A program made the translations under genes and the position numbers. Of a stretch of DNA of 42,822 nt, positions 14,546 through 22,917 are shown piece by piece (the first letter of the stretch is position 1; every line of letters starts with the position of its first letter). The notes beneath the pieces are model-generated. The model was not told the origin of the DNA. It ran no database searches and saw nothing but the letters and a program-made list of their open reading frames with translations. Source of the stretch: a phage; the NCBI GenBank assembly GCA_018167975.1, contig GCA_018167975.1_4333.1. One strand, written 5' to 3'.

Positions 14546-14631
14546 AAATCTACTGGTTCTATGAAGAAGATTGCCGAATCTGTCCGCGCTGCGGGATTGA
14601 GCATACGAAACGTGAGGGGTGCGTATTATGA
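14542..14631 (+). CDS. Micro-ORF (29 aa) with CxxC...C pattern
   Basis: ATGA-coupled at both ends (start 14542, stop 14629-14631); product MKIYWFYEEDCRICPRCGIEHTKREGCVL. Confidence 0.2.
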   Translation: MKIYWFYEEDCRICPRCGIEHTKREGCVL

Positions 14632-14780
14632 CAATGTTTGTATTTTGGACGATAGTAACCATGCTCGCACTGTTACTCGGCGCAGGAATAGCTGCGATGT
14701 TCTGTTATGGCCTGTTCTTTAAGTTTGTCGGCGTTGCCGTTTTGGGTGGGGTGTTTATAACTTGGGTTCTGCGCTCATGA
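14628..14780 (+). CDS. Small hydrophobic peptide (50 aa, 2 TM-like segments)
   Basis: Below track cutoff; ATGA overlaps at both ends link it to the flanking ORFs. Confidence 0.3.
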   Translation: MTMFVFWTIVTMLALLLGAGIAAMFCYGLFFKFVGVAVLGGVFITWVLRS

Positions 14781-15091
14781 CCCCGGAAGGCAAGATTCAG
14801 AAATACGCAAAAGAGCAATTCGAGGCCATTGGTGGCCTCGTTCGCAAGATGGCATTTGAAGGTCGGCGAGCCGCTATGGACCTCCTGGTAATTCTCCCCG
14901 GAGGCATCATCTGGTTCGTTGAGGTGAAGAAAGACGAAAATACGAAGCCGGAGCCACACCAGCTACGCGAGCATGAAAGATTCCGAAAACGTGGCGCGAA
15001 TGTTTTTGTCGTTGGTTCGTTTAAACAGGTTGACACCCTAATAGCAGACTATTATAGTAAACACATACCCCAACAATATAAGGAATTATAA
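14777..15091 (+). CDS. VRR-NUC domain nuclease (PD-(D/E)XK fold)
   Basis: ORF 14762..15091; ATG at 14777; DLLVILPGGIIWFVEVKK (D...E-V-K catalytic pattern) and the small size fit VRR-NUC. Confidence 0.55.
   Translation: MTPEGKIQKYAKEQFEAIGGLVRKMAFEGRRAAMDLLVILPGGIIWFVEVKKDENTKPEPHQLREHERFRKRGANVFVVGSFKQVDTLIADYYSKHIPQQYKEL
15030..15058 (+). promoter_or_regulatory. Sigma70-like promoter: -35 TTGACA, 17-bp spacer, -10 TATAGT, palindrome AATAGCAGACTATT in spacer
   Basis: TTGACA 15030-15035, TATAGT 15053-15058; lies inside the 3' end of the VRR-NUC gene, upstream of the 15093 gene. Confidence 0.55.
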
Positions 15092-15092
15092 A

Positions 15093-15347
15093 ATGGCTAT
15101 CGAACTTCAACTGTCGGTAAACACCATGATTATGGGCTCAATCGATTCATCTGTTCGCATCGGTAAATACACGGGTGCGTCGGTCAATTACTCATGGTCT
15201 ATGAAGGTTTCGGAAGTAAACCGTATTCTCGGTTTCGGGTCAGTTGGTCGCAAGGTGCTTGCGGAAGACGTCGCTAAAGGGCTGTCTGTAGATTTCACAA
15301 CGGCTGGAGAACTTATTAAGCAAGTTCAAGCCGAATTATCTAACTAA
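15093..15347 (+). CDS. Hypothetical protein
   Basis: ATG with AAGGAA RBS; 84 aa. Confidence 0.5.
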   Translation: MAIELQLSVNTMIMGSIDSSVRIGKYTGASVNYSWSMKVSEVNRILGFGSVGRKVLAEDVAKGLSVDFTTAGELIKQVQAELSN

Positions 15348-15349
15348 TA

Positions 15350-15372
15350 CAGGCCCTTCGGGGCCTTAACTA
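15350..15372 (+). terminator. Hairpin (weak terminator/attenuator or RNA-stability element)
   Basis: AGGCCC-TTCG-GGGCCT at 15351-15366 followed by TAACTAT (poor U-tract). Confidence 0.3.
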
Positions 15373-15386
15373 TAAGGAATTGAGAA

Positions 15387-15578
15387 ATGAAACACGAATA
15401 TGACCGCAAGCCAGCACGTGACATCGTACCGGGCGACATGATTTTCAACGTTAAGACACGCCAACCTGTCGCCGTTGATACGGTGTTCGTAGAGTCGAAC
15501 GGTAAACTGGTTATCGAAGACGTAACAGGTAACGTTACGGCGTTCGGGCGTAAAGAGCTGGTTCTGGTGGCAAAATGA
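15387..15578 (+). CDS. Hypothetical protein
   Basis: ATG at 15387 with AAGGAA RBS; 63 aa. Confidence 0.5.
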   Translation: MKHEYDRKPARDIVPGDMIFNVKTRQPVAVDTVFVESNGKLVIEDVTGNVTAFGRKELVLVAK

Positions 15579-16999
15579 GTAAGTTTCAAAGGCGCGAATA
15601 CCAGAAGCTTATGACTTCGTTCATGCTGCAACACCCTCGCTGTAATATCTGGTGCGGTATGGGCGGCGGCAAGACCTCGTCGACAATGTGGGTGCTTAAC
15701 CGACTGTTCCGCAACGGTCAACTTAATGATGACGACCGCGTGTTAATCCTCGCCCCGCTGCGCGTTGCGTCGGGTACGTGGCCCGCAGAACAAGAGAAAT
15801 GGCAATTCCCATGTCTGAGCGTCGTCGATGCAACTGGTTCAGAAAAGCGCCGCATCGCGGCGCTGGAGTCTGACGCTAACGTGGTGTGCACGAACTACGA
15901 AGTTATCGAGTGGCTGATTGACTACTACGGCAAAGACGACTGGCCTTTTACGGTTATCGTCGCGGATGAAAGCACGAAGCTTAAATCCTTCCGCAGCCGT
16001 TCTGGTGGAAGCAAGCGGGCGAAGGCGCTTAGTAAAGTGGCATTCGGTAAGGTTAAGCGTTTTATCAACCTTACTGGCACCCCGTCGCCAAATGGCCTCA
16101 AAGACTTGTGGGGTCAGAACTGGTTTATCGACGCGGGCGAGCGCCTGGGGTCGTCGTACACGGCATTCACCGACCGCTGGTTTAACTCGGTACAGAAAGG
16201 TAAATCCGCGATGGCGCGGGAGTATCACGCTCGCCCGGGAGCGGATACCGAGATTCACCAGAAGATGAAGGACATTAGTCTAACGATTGATGCTGCCGAG
16301 TGGTTTGGATGTGAAGCGCCGATTATCGTCCCTGTTGAAATTGACCTGCCGAAGAAAGCGCGTCAGGCGTACATCGATATGGAGGAGAAGCTATTCGCAG
16401 AACTGGAAAGCGGGGAAGTTGAGGCGGCTAACGCTGCGGCGAAGACGTCGAAGTGCTTGCAGATTGCATCTGGTGCCGTGTATGTGTCAGGGCCAGACGG
16501 CGAAGCGACCAAAGACTGGGAGAAAGTGCACGACACGAAACTGGACGCACTGGAGTCCATTGTTGAGGAATTGCAGGGTGCGCCGTTACTGGTGGCCTAC
16601 CAGTTCAAGCATGAGCTTGAGCGCATCCTGAAACGATTCCCGCAGGCACAGGCGTTCGCCAAAGGTGCTAAGGGTAATAAACAGATGGAAGCGTGGAACA
16701 GAGGTGAAATCGAAATATTATGCGTTCATCCTGCGTCAGCCGGGCATGGTTTGAATTTACAGGACGGCGGGCATCATCTGGCGTTTATTTCGCAAGGCTG
16801 GAACCTTGAGCATTATTTACAGGTTGTAGAACGCATAGGGCCCGTTCGTCAGAAACAGGCCGGTCACGAGCGCCCGGTGTTCCTCTATCACATCGTCGCT
16901 AAAGACACGCTGGATGAGGTTGTTTCCGCGCGTACAGACGAGAAGAAATCAGTACAGGAAGAGTTGCTTAATTACATGAAGAGACGAGGTAAGAAATGA
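15575..16999 (+). CDS. SNF2/Rad54-family helicase (DEAD-like helicase N and C domains)
   Basis: 474 aa; Walker A GMGGGKTS, DExx box VIVADESTK, motif III NLTGTPSPN, C-terminal helicase block HPASAGHGLNLQDGGHHLAF...QVVERIGPVRQ. Confidence 0.8.
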   Translation: MSKFQRREYQKLMTSFMLQHPRCNIWCGMGGGKTSSTMWVLNRLFRNGQLNDDDRVLILAPLRVASGTWPAEQEKWQFPCLSVVDATGSEKRRIAALESDANVVCTNYEVIEWLIDYYGKDDWPFTVIVADESTKLKSFRSRSGGSKRAKALSKVAFGKVKRFINLTGTPSPNGLKDLWGQNWFIDAGERLGSSYTAFTDRWFNSVQKGKSAMAREYHARPGADTEIHQKMKDISLTIDAAEWFGCEAPIIVPVEIDLPKKARQAYIDMEEKLFAELESGEVEAANAAAKTSKCLQIASGAVYVSGPDGEATKDWEKVHDTKLDALESIVEELQGAPLLVAYQFKHELERILKRFPQAQAFAKGAKGNKQMEAWNRGEIEILCVHPASAGHGLNLQDGGHHLAFISQGWNLEHYLQVVERIGPVRQKQAGHERPVFLYHIVAKDTLDEVVSARTDEKKSVQEELLNYMKRRGKK

Positions 17000-17181
17000 A
17001 ACTTAATGTTGGCGATGAAATATACAGCGTACATTCGTTCAATACTTTCACCATTGAGTACATATCAAACGACGGCAACAGCTTTGTTTTGGTAAGCTCT
17101 GACGGGAAATATGAGAAGTCGAGATGCTACACGCTGCCAGATATAAAACGTAGCTTCAAGAAAAGTGATGGTAAGAAATGA
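16996..17181 (+). CDS. Hypothetical protein
   Basis: ATGA overlap with helicase stop; 61 aa. Confidence 0.45.
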   Translation: MKLNVGDEIYSVHSFNTFTIEYISNDGNSFVLVSSDGKYEKSRCYTLPDIKRSFKKSDGKK

Positions 17182-17315
17182 ACATCGTAGCCCCAATCCC
17201 AGCTTTACAGAAACGTATCAAGGAACTCGAAGAGGAAGTCCTAAGACTACGGCAACAGAGAGACGCCGCCAATGCGCAACTGGCGTTTATTCTGGAGAAG
17301 TTATCCGAAGAGTAG
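17178..17315 (+). CDS. Small coiled-coil protein (45 aa)
   Basis: Below cutoff; ATGA overlap with upstream gene; product LQKRIKELEEEVLRLRQQRDAANAQLAFILEKL is heptad-like; last gene before the convergent terminator. Confidence 0.3.
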   Translation: MNIVAPIPALQKRIKELEEEVLRLRQQRDAANAQLAFILEKLSEE

Positions 17316-17348
17316 AGAAAAGGCCCCGTTTGGGGCCTTAGTTTTATG
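17316..17348. terminator. Bidirectional Rho-independent terminator at convergence of replication (plus) and structural (minus) modules
   Basis: AAGGCCCC-GTTT-GGGGCCTT (17320-17339) followed by TAGTTTTATG on the plus strand and by TTTCTCTACT on the minus strand. Confidence 0.65.
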
Positions 17349-17365
17349 TTAAATTAAGCACAGGG

Positions 17366-17506
17366 CTACTCGCTCTTAGGCTCGCTCTTAGAATCAATCT
17401 CATGTTGCAGCGCCGACATGACCTTATTGAAGGCCGGAACTTCTTGACCTTTTAGATCTACGCGCATCATAAACTGCATAATTATCTTGATAATTTCTTC
17501 GCTCAT
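17366..17506 (-). CDS. Small hypothetical protein (46 aa) downstream of the tail fiber gene
   Basis: Below cutoff; ATG at 17504-17506 with GGGAGGT RBS 4 nt upstream. Confidence 0.3.
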   Translation of the reverse strand: MSEEIIKIIMQFMMRVDLKGQEVPAFNKVMSALQHEIDSKSEPKSE

Positions 17507-17520
17507 AGCCACCTCCCAAG

Positions 17521-18990
17521 TTAAGAAGGACCCATTATACCATGAGCAATCAGGGCGTCTGTAACCTTTTTAACATAACGGGCCAGTTCTTGCAGGGTAA
17601 CAGTCTCGGTGTTTTTTGAAACCCCGTCGGCGGTTCCGGTTAACTGGTTTATCCCCGTAACACGTGGCCCTAAAATTTTTGTCCCATTCAAGCGTATATT
17701 TAAATTAGAAAAATCAACCCACCCCTCGGACCGGTTAAACGCGAGATATGTGGTGTTTGCCGGACCAGTACCTACGGTAATTCGTTGGTTATCACCTAAT
17801 AAAATTGCGCAGTTTGAGGAAAACGTACTTTCTGTCAACGAAATACCGGTTCTAAATGCGCCACCGCGGAATCTTATACCGTTGGACACCAAAAGCACTG
17901 AACTCCCCTCGAGTCTAATAGCCTCCCCGTTCCCGACCTCTGTTAATGGCTCAGTTGGGGCAACAAAAGAGTTAGCCCGAAAAAGTGCACCGGTCCATAT
18001 ATAACCATTAGGGGCCGCGGAACCTCTCCCTATCACAAGCATCTGTGTTACCGGGTTACTATTGTCTTGGGTTACGCATACAAGCCCCCTTGTGCTCCCA
18101 CCAACAGCATTCTGCATCCACCCCATGTCTGGGCCGCGGTTATTTAGGTTAAACTCATGTGCAATAGTGCTTTTGGCACCTGTATCGATTGCTTCGCCAA
18201 GAACCGCGCCATATGACCACCCACCCCACGTCTCTGCATTACTGTGACGGGACTCACCGCGCATATGTTTAGCAATAAGTTGCCCTGTACCAGACGAATG
18301 GGTGGCTACTGAGGTATCTGTGGCCCCGTATGCAGAACCGCTAACTTTAGTGAGGGAGTGGTAAGAACAACCTTGCTCCCATCTTTTCACCTCGTCCTCG
18401 CGGGTAGCGGATGTAACCTTCTCGAGCCACTCTATTGGGAGAGGATTAGCGGTATCAGGTATTGAAAATCGCTGACGGAGGGCATTGTTGTAGGTTATAG
18501 TGTCGTTATCGTATATATTAGCACCTGCAGCATTTTCTCCGGTCCATCCACCACCACCGAAGAAATAACTCAGTCCCGTCCCGTCCGGGCCATTAAGCAC
18601 CGAGCGTATGGTAGCGTCGCCTACGTCAATCCAGTCCCCGTTTGGGTATATTCCGCCGGTTGACTGTGGAGTACTTCCAGCCGGTACTACCTTCGGCAGG
18701 GAACCGCGCCAGGTGTACACCGACCCACCCTCCTCCAACATGCCCTGATTTCTTGCAGTTACCGTACCTCCGTTCGTGAAGTCGCCGATTCGCTCGATGC
18801 CGATGTCGGAAATAACCTTAGGCACGGTCTTCTGTGTCTGACCAGTAACCTGATTTGTTGCGTAATCAATATCCGCGCCACCAGCAACGCCGCCGGATTT
18901 ACCGGTGATAACCTCAGCTTCGAAAATCTGGTGTTTCTTGGCGGTCTGTAAATCCGCCAGGCTTAAAACGTCACCGCATCCGCTTGACAT
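17521..18990 (-). CDS. Tail fiber / receptor-binding protein
   Basis: 489 aa, last large gene of the tail operon; Gly/Ser/Thr/Asn-rich with G-rich tracts (FFGGGGWTGENAAGAN); AAAGAGGA RBS; assignment by position and composition. Confidence 0.55.
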   Translation of the reverse strand: MSSGCGDVLSLADLQTAKKHQIFEAEVITGKSGGVAGGADIDYATNQVTGQTQKTVPKVISDIGIERIGDFTNGGTVTARNQGMLEEGGSVYTWRGSLPKVVPAGSTPQSTGGIYPNGDWIDVGDATIRSVLNGPDGTGLSYFFGGGGWTGENAAGANIYDNDTITYNNALRQRFSIPDTANPLPIEWLEKVTSATREDEVKRWEQGCSYHSLTKVSGSAYGATDTSVATHSSGTGQLIAKHMRGESRHSNAETWGGWSYGAVLGEAIDTGAKSTIAHEFNLNNRGPDMGWMQNAVGGSTRGLVCVTQDNSNPVTQMLVIGRGSAAPNGYIWTGALFRANSFVAPTEPLTEVGNGEAIRLEGSSVLLVSNGIRFRGGAFRTGISLTESTFSSNCAILLGDNQRITVGTGPANTTYLAFNRSEGWVDFSNLNIRLNGTKILGPRVTGINQLTGTADGVSKNTETVTLQELARYVKKVTDALIAHGIMGPS

Positions 18991-19002
18991 ATAGAGTCCT
19001 CT

Positions 19003-21630
19003 TTAACTAAAACCGTTGCTGAATCCGCCGGAGAAACCGCTACCGAAAGGTGCGACGCCGTCGTATTTATAGAAATCTGCTTCGTAGTTAATCCCCGTAA
19101 TCTTAACCGTTCTGTCGTCTCCTGGGTCAACTGTAGAAACAAGAATCATCTGAGCATTATGCCTTGCTTCGTTGCCGAATGAAAACTCAGTTTTTAGTGC
19201 GCTATTCCCTGTGTATATCGCCTCCTGAGGCGCAGAGAGCATAACCACTTCCCGTTCGTGACTTCCGGGAACTACCGCGACGCTCTGAACACCGCCGTCG
19301 CGCTTCTTAAGGATTAAAGAGTGGTCGTCACCCGGAGTAAATGTGACAGGCTGTGATAACGTCAGAGTAAGACCATTAACGGCAACAACATAGCCGTCTT
19401 GAGGCGCTACGCGCGAACCTTTAACGACGCTTATTGCGCGACCCGGCAGCACAAAAACTCCTTCTTCTGTCGCCGTAAAGGACACCGTGACTTTCTTCAA
19501 CAAGTTTTTCTGGTAACGTCGATAAGCTGCCCAATACGCCTGTCGATAGTTACGGATACCCTTAGAGTCGTACGTTTCGGTATTAACACCTCCTTCGGCC
19601 GGGATGCTAATAGTCTCTTTGACGTTAGTATCTGGGTCGATGTATGAAAACTTGAGACTATCGTATACCTGTGCGTCGTTGAATGTGCGCGTCCACTTTT
19701 CAGAAGCTGTGGTTTTGCTGCGGTGGGTGAATACCATCTCCGGCCCCATACGAGGGCGCTCGAAATCCAGTAATATGTCCTGCCCTTTACGATATGGAGT
19801 GCAGAAAATAGCATCAGCTATTGTGCTGATGATATCCTGCATGGTCATTTTATAATCGTCAAAAGTGTAGCAGAATTGGCCGGCCTCTGCGTTACCGAAA
19901 TAGTTTTCTATCTCGGTCTGAGTCGCTAACAACTTGTCCATATTGGATGTTGTTAGGTTGAGATTACCTACTGCCGGGTCGCGGGCAAGACGGATTAAGG
20001 ACTGAATCGCCTGAGTATTCGGCGTCATAACAGTGTCGAATGCGCCGTTGCCGAGGTATTTGTACACCATCTCTGTGGCAATCATACGTAGTTGCGGCTG
20101 CTTAATCTCCGCGGCCCGCGGCGTCTGCTTACGCGCAGAGTGTACTGTGGTACGATTGCCATAATGCGGCGTAGTGTCGCGGATCTGCCCATAAAGGTTG
20201 ATGTAGGAAACCTCGTCTACCACGGTCCCCTCGAAACTAAGGTCAAGGTTAGTAACACGGCGGGCGCGCACTCTAACTTTAGACCGCACGGGCAAGTCGG
20301 CGTAAATAGTAACACCTGTGTAATCCGCAGAACGACCTGATATAACGGCCTGTTTTGAGTAAACACCCCCGTACGGCACGCCAGTTTCATCAAGGAGTTG
20401 ATACTGAAGCTCGACAGTTACCGACGTGCGCAATTTACTGCCGTTGTCTTTATACATACCATTCGCGGCCGCGATGTTGGCTACTACGCGTTCAATTTCC
20501 AGGCGGTTTAAAGTGGTCCAGTCCGTTAACGACTTATCGTAGGTGTTAGATGGTGAAATCCATGCTTCGGTACCTTGCGTTAAAGGAGTGAATCCTGATG
20601 GCAATTTTTGCCATTCTGACAACATCCCTCCGGCGGCTACTCTTACCTCAAAGTCATCTACGTATGTAACGGTATAGCTACCACTGACGTTAGCCACGTC
20701 TTTTACCAGAATAAGGTTAAAAACAGCTATGTCCCCAACTGATAAAATCTCAGAGAAAGCAGAGTCGCCAGTGTTATCGCGGACGACACCAGTCGCCCCC
20801 TGCAATGAAATCTCCCCGGTATCACTGGGATTAACCCTGATGTCATTCTGCGCTTTAAGAACGACCCCATCTACCTCGTTCGAGGCAATAGTTATGAATA
20901 GATTTTGATTAATAGGATCCCCTACCAGAAGCTGAGGCGTATTTGTGTTGTTAGGGGACGTAAATGGGGCGTATACCGCTACAGAAGTTCCTGTAATCTC
21001 CTGTACTTTAGTATCGCCGTCGGTGATGTCTTCGGCTTTAATATCAAGATACCCGCGACCGGCGTCATAGTAGCCGTATTCAACTACCACACCTGCGTCG
21101 TTGAAGACCTTATACGTAGTCATGAGGTCATTAGGGATAGTCTGGACCCTGCCGCAAATATCATACGACCGTTCATACGGACGCGGTTTATTGTTTCGGT
21201 CCGTCAAGCTGTTGTTGGGGGACTCCGCCTGCTGGTTCGCTAAACTCGTTTTAGGCGTTTTCTGCGACGGAGAAATCAACTTGGTAACAAATTTAAGCAC
21301 ACCCAAAGGGTCCAGGAGTTTACCCAGAAAACCACCGCCGCCGCCAGCGCCCTCGATGATATGGAAAACGTCATCTTCTTTCAGCGCTTCGAAGTTTTCC
21401 GTTACGTCTGTATCATCACCAATCTCGCCGCGGTAAATACGCACAGGTACCCCGTCTGGGATGTTAGCAACGACGTATTCCGTCGGGGGTACGTTATACC
21501 GTTTGCGGTCAAAAGTACCGTCTTCGTTACGGGTGTAATGTAATATCAGCGCCAAAATTCTATCTCCGCATAAGTTTCGCGCAAGTCTTCCAGTCGGTCT
21601 AACCGTACCTGGCGACTCGCCAGCTCGCAA
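19003..21630 (-). CDS. Central tail fiber / host-specificity protein (lambda J-like) with fused I-like N-terminal domain
   Basis: 875 aa immediately after the K-like gene; N-terminal region resembles lambda gpI; true start uncertain (track start is TTG at 21630 overlapping the K-like gene by 85 nt). Confidence 0.6.
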   Translation of the reverse strand: MRAGESPGTVRPTGRLARNLCGDRILALILHYTRNEDGTFDRKRYNVPPTEYVVANIPDGVPVRIYRGEIGDDTDVTENFEALKEDDVFHIIEGAGGGGGFLGKLLDPLGVLKFVTKLISPSQKTPKTSLANQQAESPNNSLTDRNNKPRPYERSYDICGRVQTIPNDLMTTYKVFNDAGVVVEYGYYDAGRGYLDIKAEDITDGDTKVQEITGTSVAVYAPFTSPNNTNTPQLLVGDPINQNLFITIASNEVDGVVLKAQNDIRVNPSDTGEISLQGATGVVRDNTGDSAFSEILSVGDIAVFNLILVKDVANVSGSYTVTYVDDFEVRVAAGGMLSEWQKLPSGFTPLTQGTEAWISPSNTYDKSLTDWTTLNRLEIERVVANIAAANGMYKDNGSKLRTSVTVELQYQLLDETGVPYGGVYSKQAVISGRSADYTGVTIYADLPVRSKVRVRARRVTNLDLSFEGTVVDEVSYINLYGQIRDTTPHYGNRTTVHSARKQTPRAAEIKQPQLRMIATEMVYKYLGNGAFDTVMTPNTQAIQSLIRLARDPAVGNLNLTTSNMDKLLATQTEIENYFGNAEAGQFCYTFDDYKMTMQDIISTIADAIFCTPYRKGQDILLDFERPRMGPEMVFTHRSKTTASEKWTRTFNDAQVYDSLKFSYIDPDTNVKETISIPAEGGVNTETYDSKGIRNYRQAYWAAYRRYQKNLLKKVTVSFTATEEGVFVLPGRAISVVKGSRVAPQDGYVVAVNGLTLTLSQPVTFTPGDDHSLILKKRDGGVQSVAVVPGSHEREVVMLSAPQEAIYTGNSALKTEFSFGNEARHNAQMILVSTVDPGDDRTVKITGINYEADFYKYDGVAPFGSGFSGGFSNGFS

Positions 21631-21911
21631 TGGCTTACCATACCGTCATAGTATACTCCAGCGTGCCAGATTACACGGTTTCTGTGCCGTGTTGCCATCA
21701 GAACGGCATCGAAGTTTTGCGGAGTTTCTACGCGTACGAGGCCTTTGGCGTTTTTATGGCCTTCTTCAAATGCATCATTAATCTGTGTTGGCGATGCGAC
21801 GTTAAACTCAGGCGTGGACAGGCCCGCGTCCGCACGGACGTTACGCACATGGTGCCAGCAATTACGGCGGCGAAAGTCGTACGGAAGTCCGGTGTATACA
21901 CTAATGTTCAT
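21546..21911 (-). CDS. Tail assembly protein (lambda K-like) with NlpC/P60 peptidase domain
   Basis: 121 aa; Cys in RRRNCWHHV and His in HAGVYYDGMVSHC match the NlpC/P60 Cys-His pattern; position after the L-like gene. Confidence 0.65.
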   Translation of the reverse strand: MNISVYTGLPYDFRRRNCWHHVRNVRADAGLSTPEFNVASPTQINDAFEEGHKNAKGLVRVETPQNFDAVLMATRHRNRVIWHAGVYYDGMVSHCELASRQVRLDRLEDLRETYAEIEFWR

Positions 21912-22423
21912 GTAGACAAAACACCCCGTAACAATGGGATTACTGAAGGGGTCATTAACTCGCCAGTGGCTCTTTGGTTCAACATAGGAACGCCGACGTC
22001 GGCGGTAAATAGCCCCTTTTCCTGGTTGATCGACTGCAACTCGTACACAACAGGACCATCAGCCGGATAGGTTAAGTCCGTGCTGACGAAACGGCGGAAT
22101 ATAAACTTAGGCAACACGGTGTTATCGGGCGGTATACGGTCCATCTCATCGTCTAACTGGTTGCCGATGTCGGGTAATGCGAAGGACGCCCGCTGGTCCA
22201 TATCATTATTGTTAGCCGCGCCTTTAGCCTCCATAGGTGTAGCCTCGAACGTAACTACTTCTCCGGTCTCTAACGTTGCCGTCAGGTCAGAAGTTCCGCG
22301 CACAAGTAAATACCGCTTCGAAAGAAGCGGGTGAACTATCTCTAATGTAGTGTAGTCAATTTCGCCGTCTGGGTTAGAGGCCAGCTTACGGCGATAAGCG
22401 GCTTCTACTGATTCCTGGCTCAT
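21908..22423 (-). CDS. Minor tail protein (lambda L-like position)
   Basis: ORF 21908..22438; ATG at 22421-22423 in ATGA overlap with the upstream gene; assignment by synteny (TMP-M-L-K-J). Confidence 0.45.
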   Translation of the reverse strand: MSQESVEAAYRRKLASNPDGEIDYTTLEIVHPLLSKRYLLVRGTSDLTATLETGEVVTFEATPMEAKGAANNNDMDQRASFALPDIGNQLDDEMDRIPPDNTVLPKFIFRRFVSTDLTYPADGPVVYELQSINQEKGLFTADVGVPMLNQRATGELMTPSVIPLLRGVLST

Positions 22424-22914
22424 TGCATCGGGTCCCAAATTCGCGGAAACGTTGATTGCGCGGTTCCGTATGCTTTAAGGAATCCACCTAAGCAATCCCC
22501 ATAACAACCGAACAAATCCGGTAGATTCTTCGTAAGGCAGGTATCTTCCTGAATCGCAGTCCGCTCCGCGGTTGCTGTGAAAGTAATTACCCAGTTTTTA
22601 CCATCGTCGGTGCTGTCACTAATGTCCGACGTAATAAGTACCTGGTGGTCTTCGATACCTAAACCCGTATCGTGCGGCATGATAAATGAAGACGCACCGC
22701 CATCTATGTTGTTCAGGAAGCTATAGAACGCCTGTCGCCCGAGAGAAGATACGACAAGCGTAACGCTAATCGGCACTGGTTCAAAGTACGTGTCCCGCCC
22801 TTGACGGGGAACGCCGCCCTGAACTTCTGTACGCCAGATATTACTCCCTCGCGTCTGGGAGTACCCCTTCGACACTATTGGTCGAAGGGACATTGGGAAC
22901 CTTAAAGAAGACAT
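22420..22914 (-). CDS. Minor/distal tail protein (lambda M-like position)
   Basis: 164 aa directly downstream of the tape measure gene; assignment by synteny. Confidence 0.45.
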   Translation of the reverse strand: MSSLRFPMSLRPIVSKGYSQTRGSNIWRTEVQGGVPRQGRDTYFEPVPISVTLVVSSLGRQAFYSFLNNIDGGASSFIMPHDTGLGIEDHQVLITSDISDSTDDGKNWVITFTATAERTAIQEDTCLTKNLPDLFGCYGDCLGGFLKAYGTAQSTFPRIWDPMQ

Positions 22915-22917
22915 AGT

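Noticed and set aside
15839-16631. Plus- and minus-strand ORFs 15839..16258, 15918..16268, 16287..16631 and 16363..16560 inside the SNF2 helicase gene
   Set aside because: Overlap the helicase gene, which has unambiguous helicase motifs in frame; Arg-rich out-of-frame products typical of spurious ORFs.
21550-21630. Treating the track start (TTG at 21630) of the J-like ORF as the true start
   Set aside because: It would overlap the K-like gene by 85 nt with no RBS; the true start is likely further downstream or coupled, so the call is kept with reduced confidence rather than a confident start assignment.
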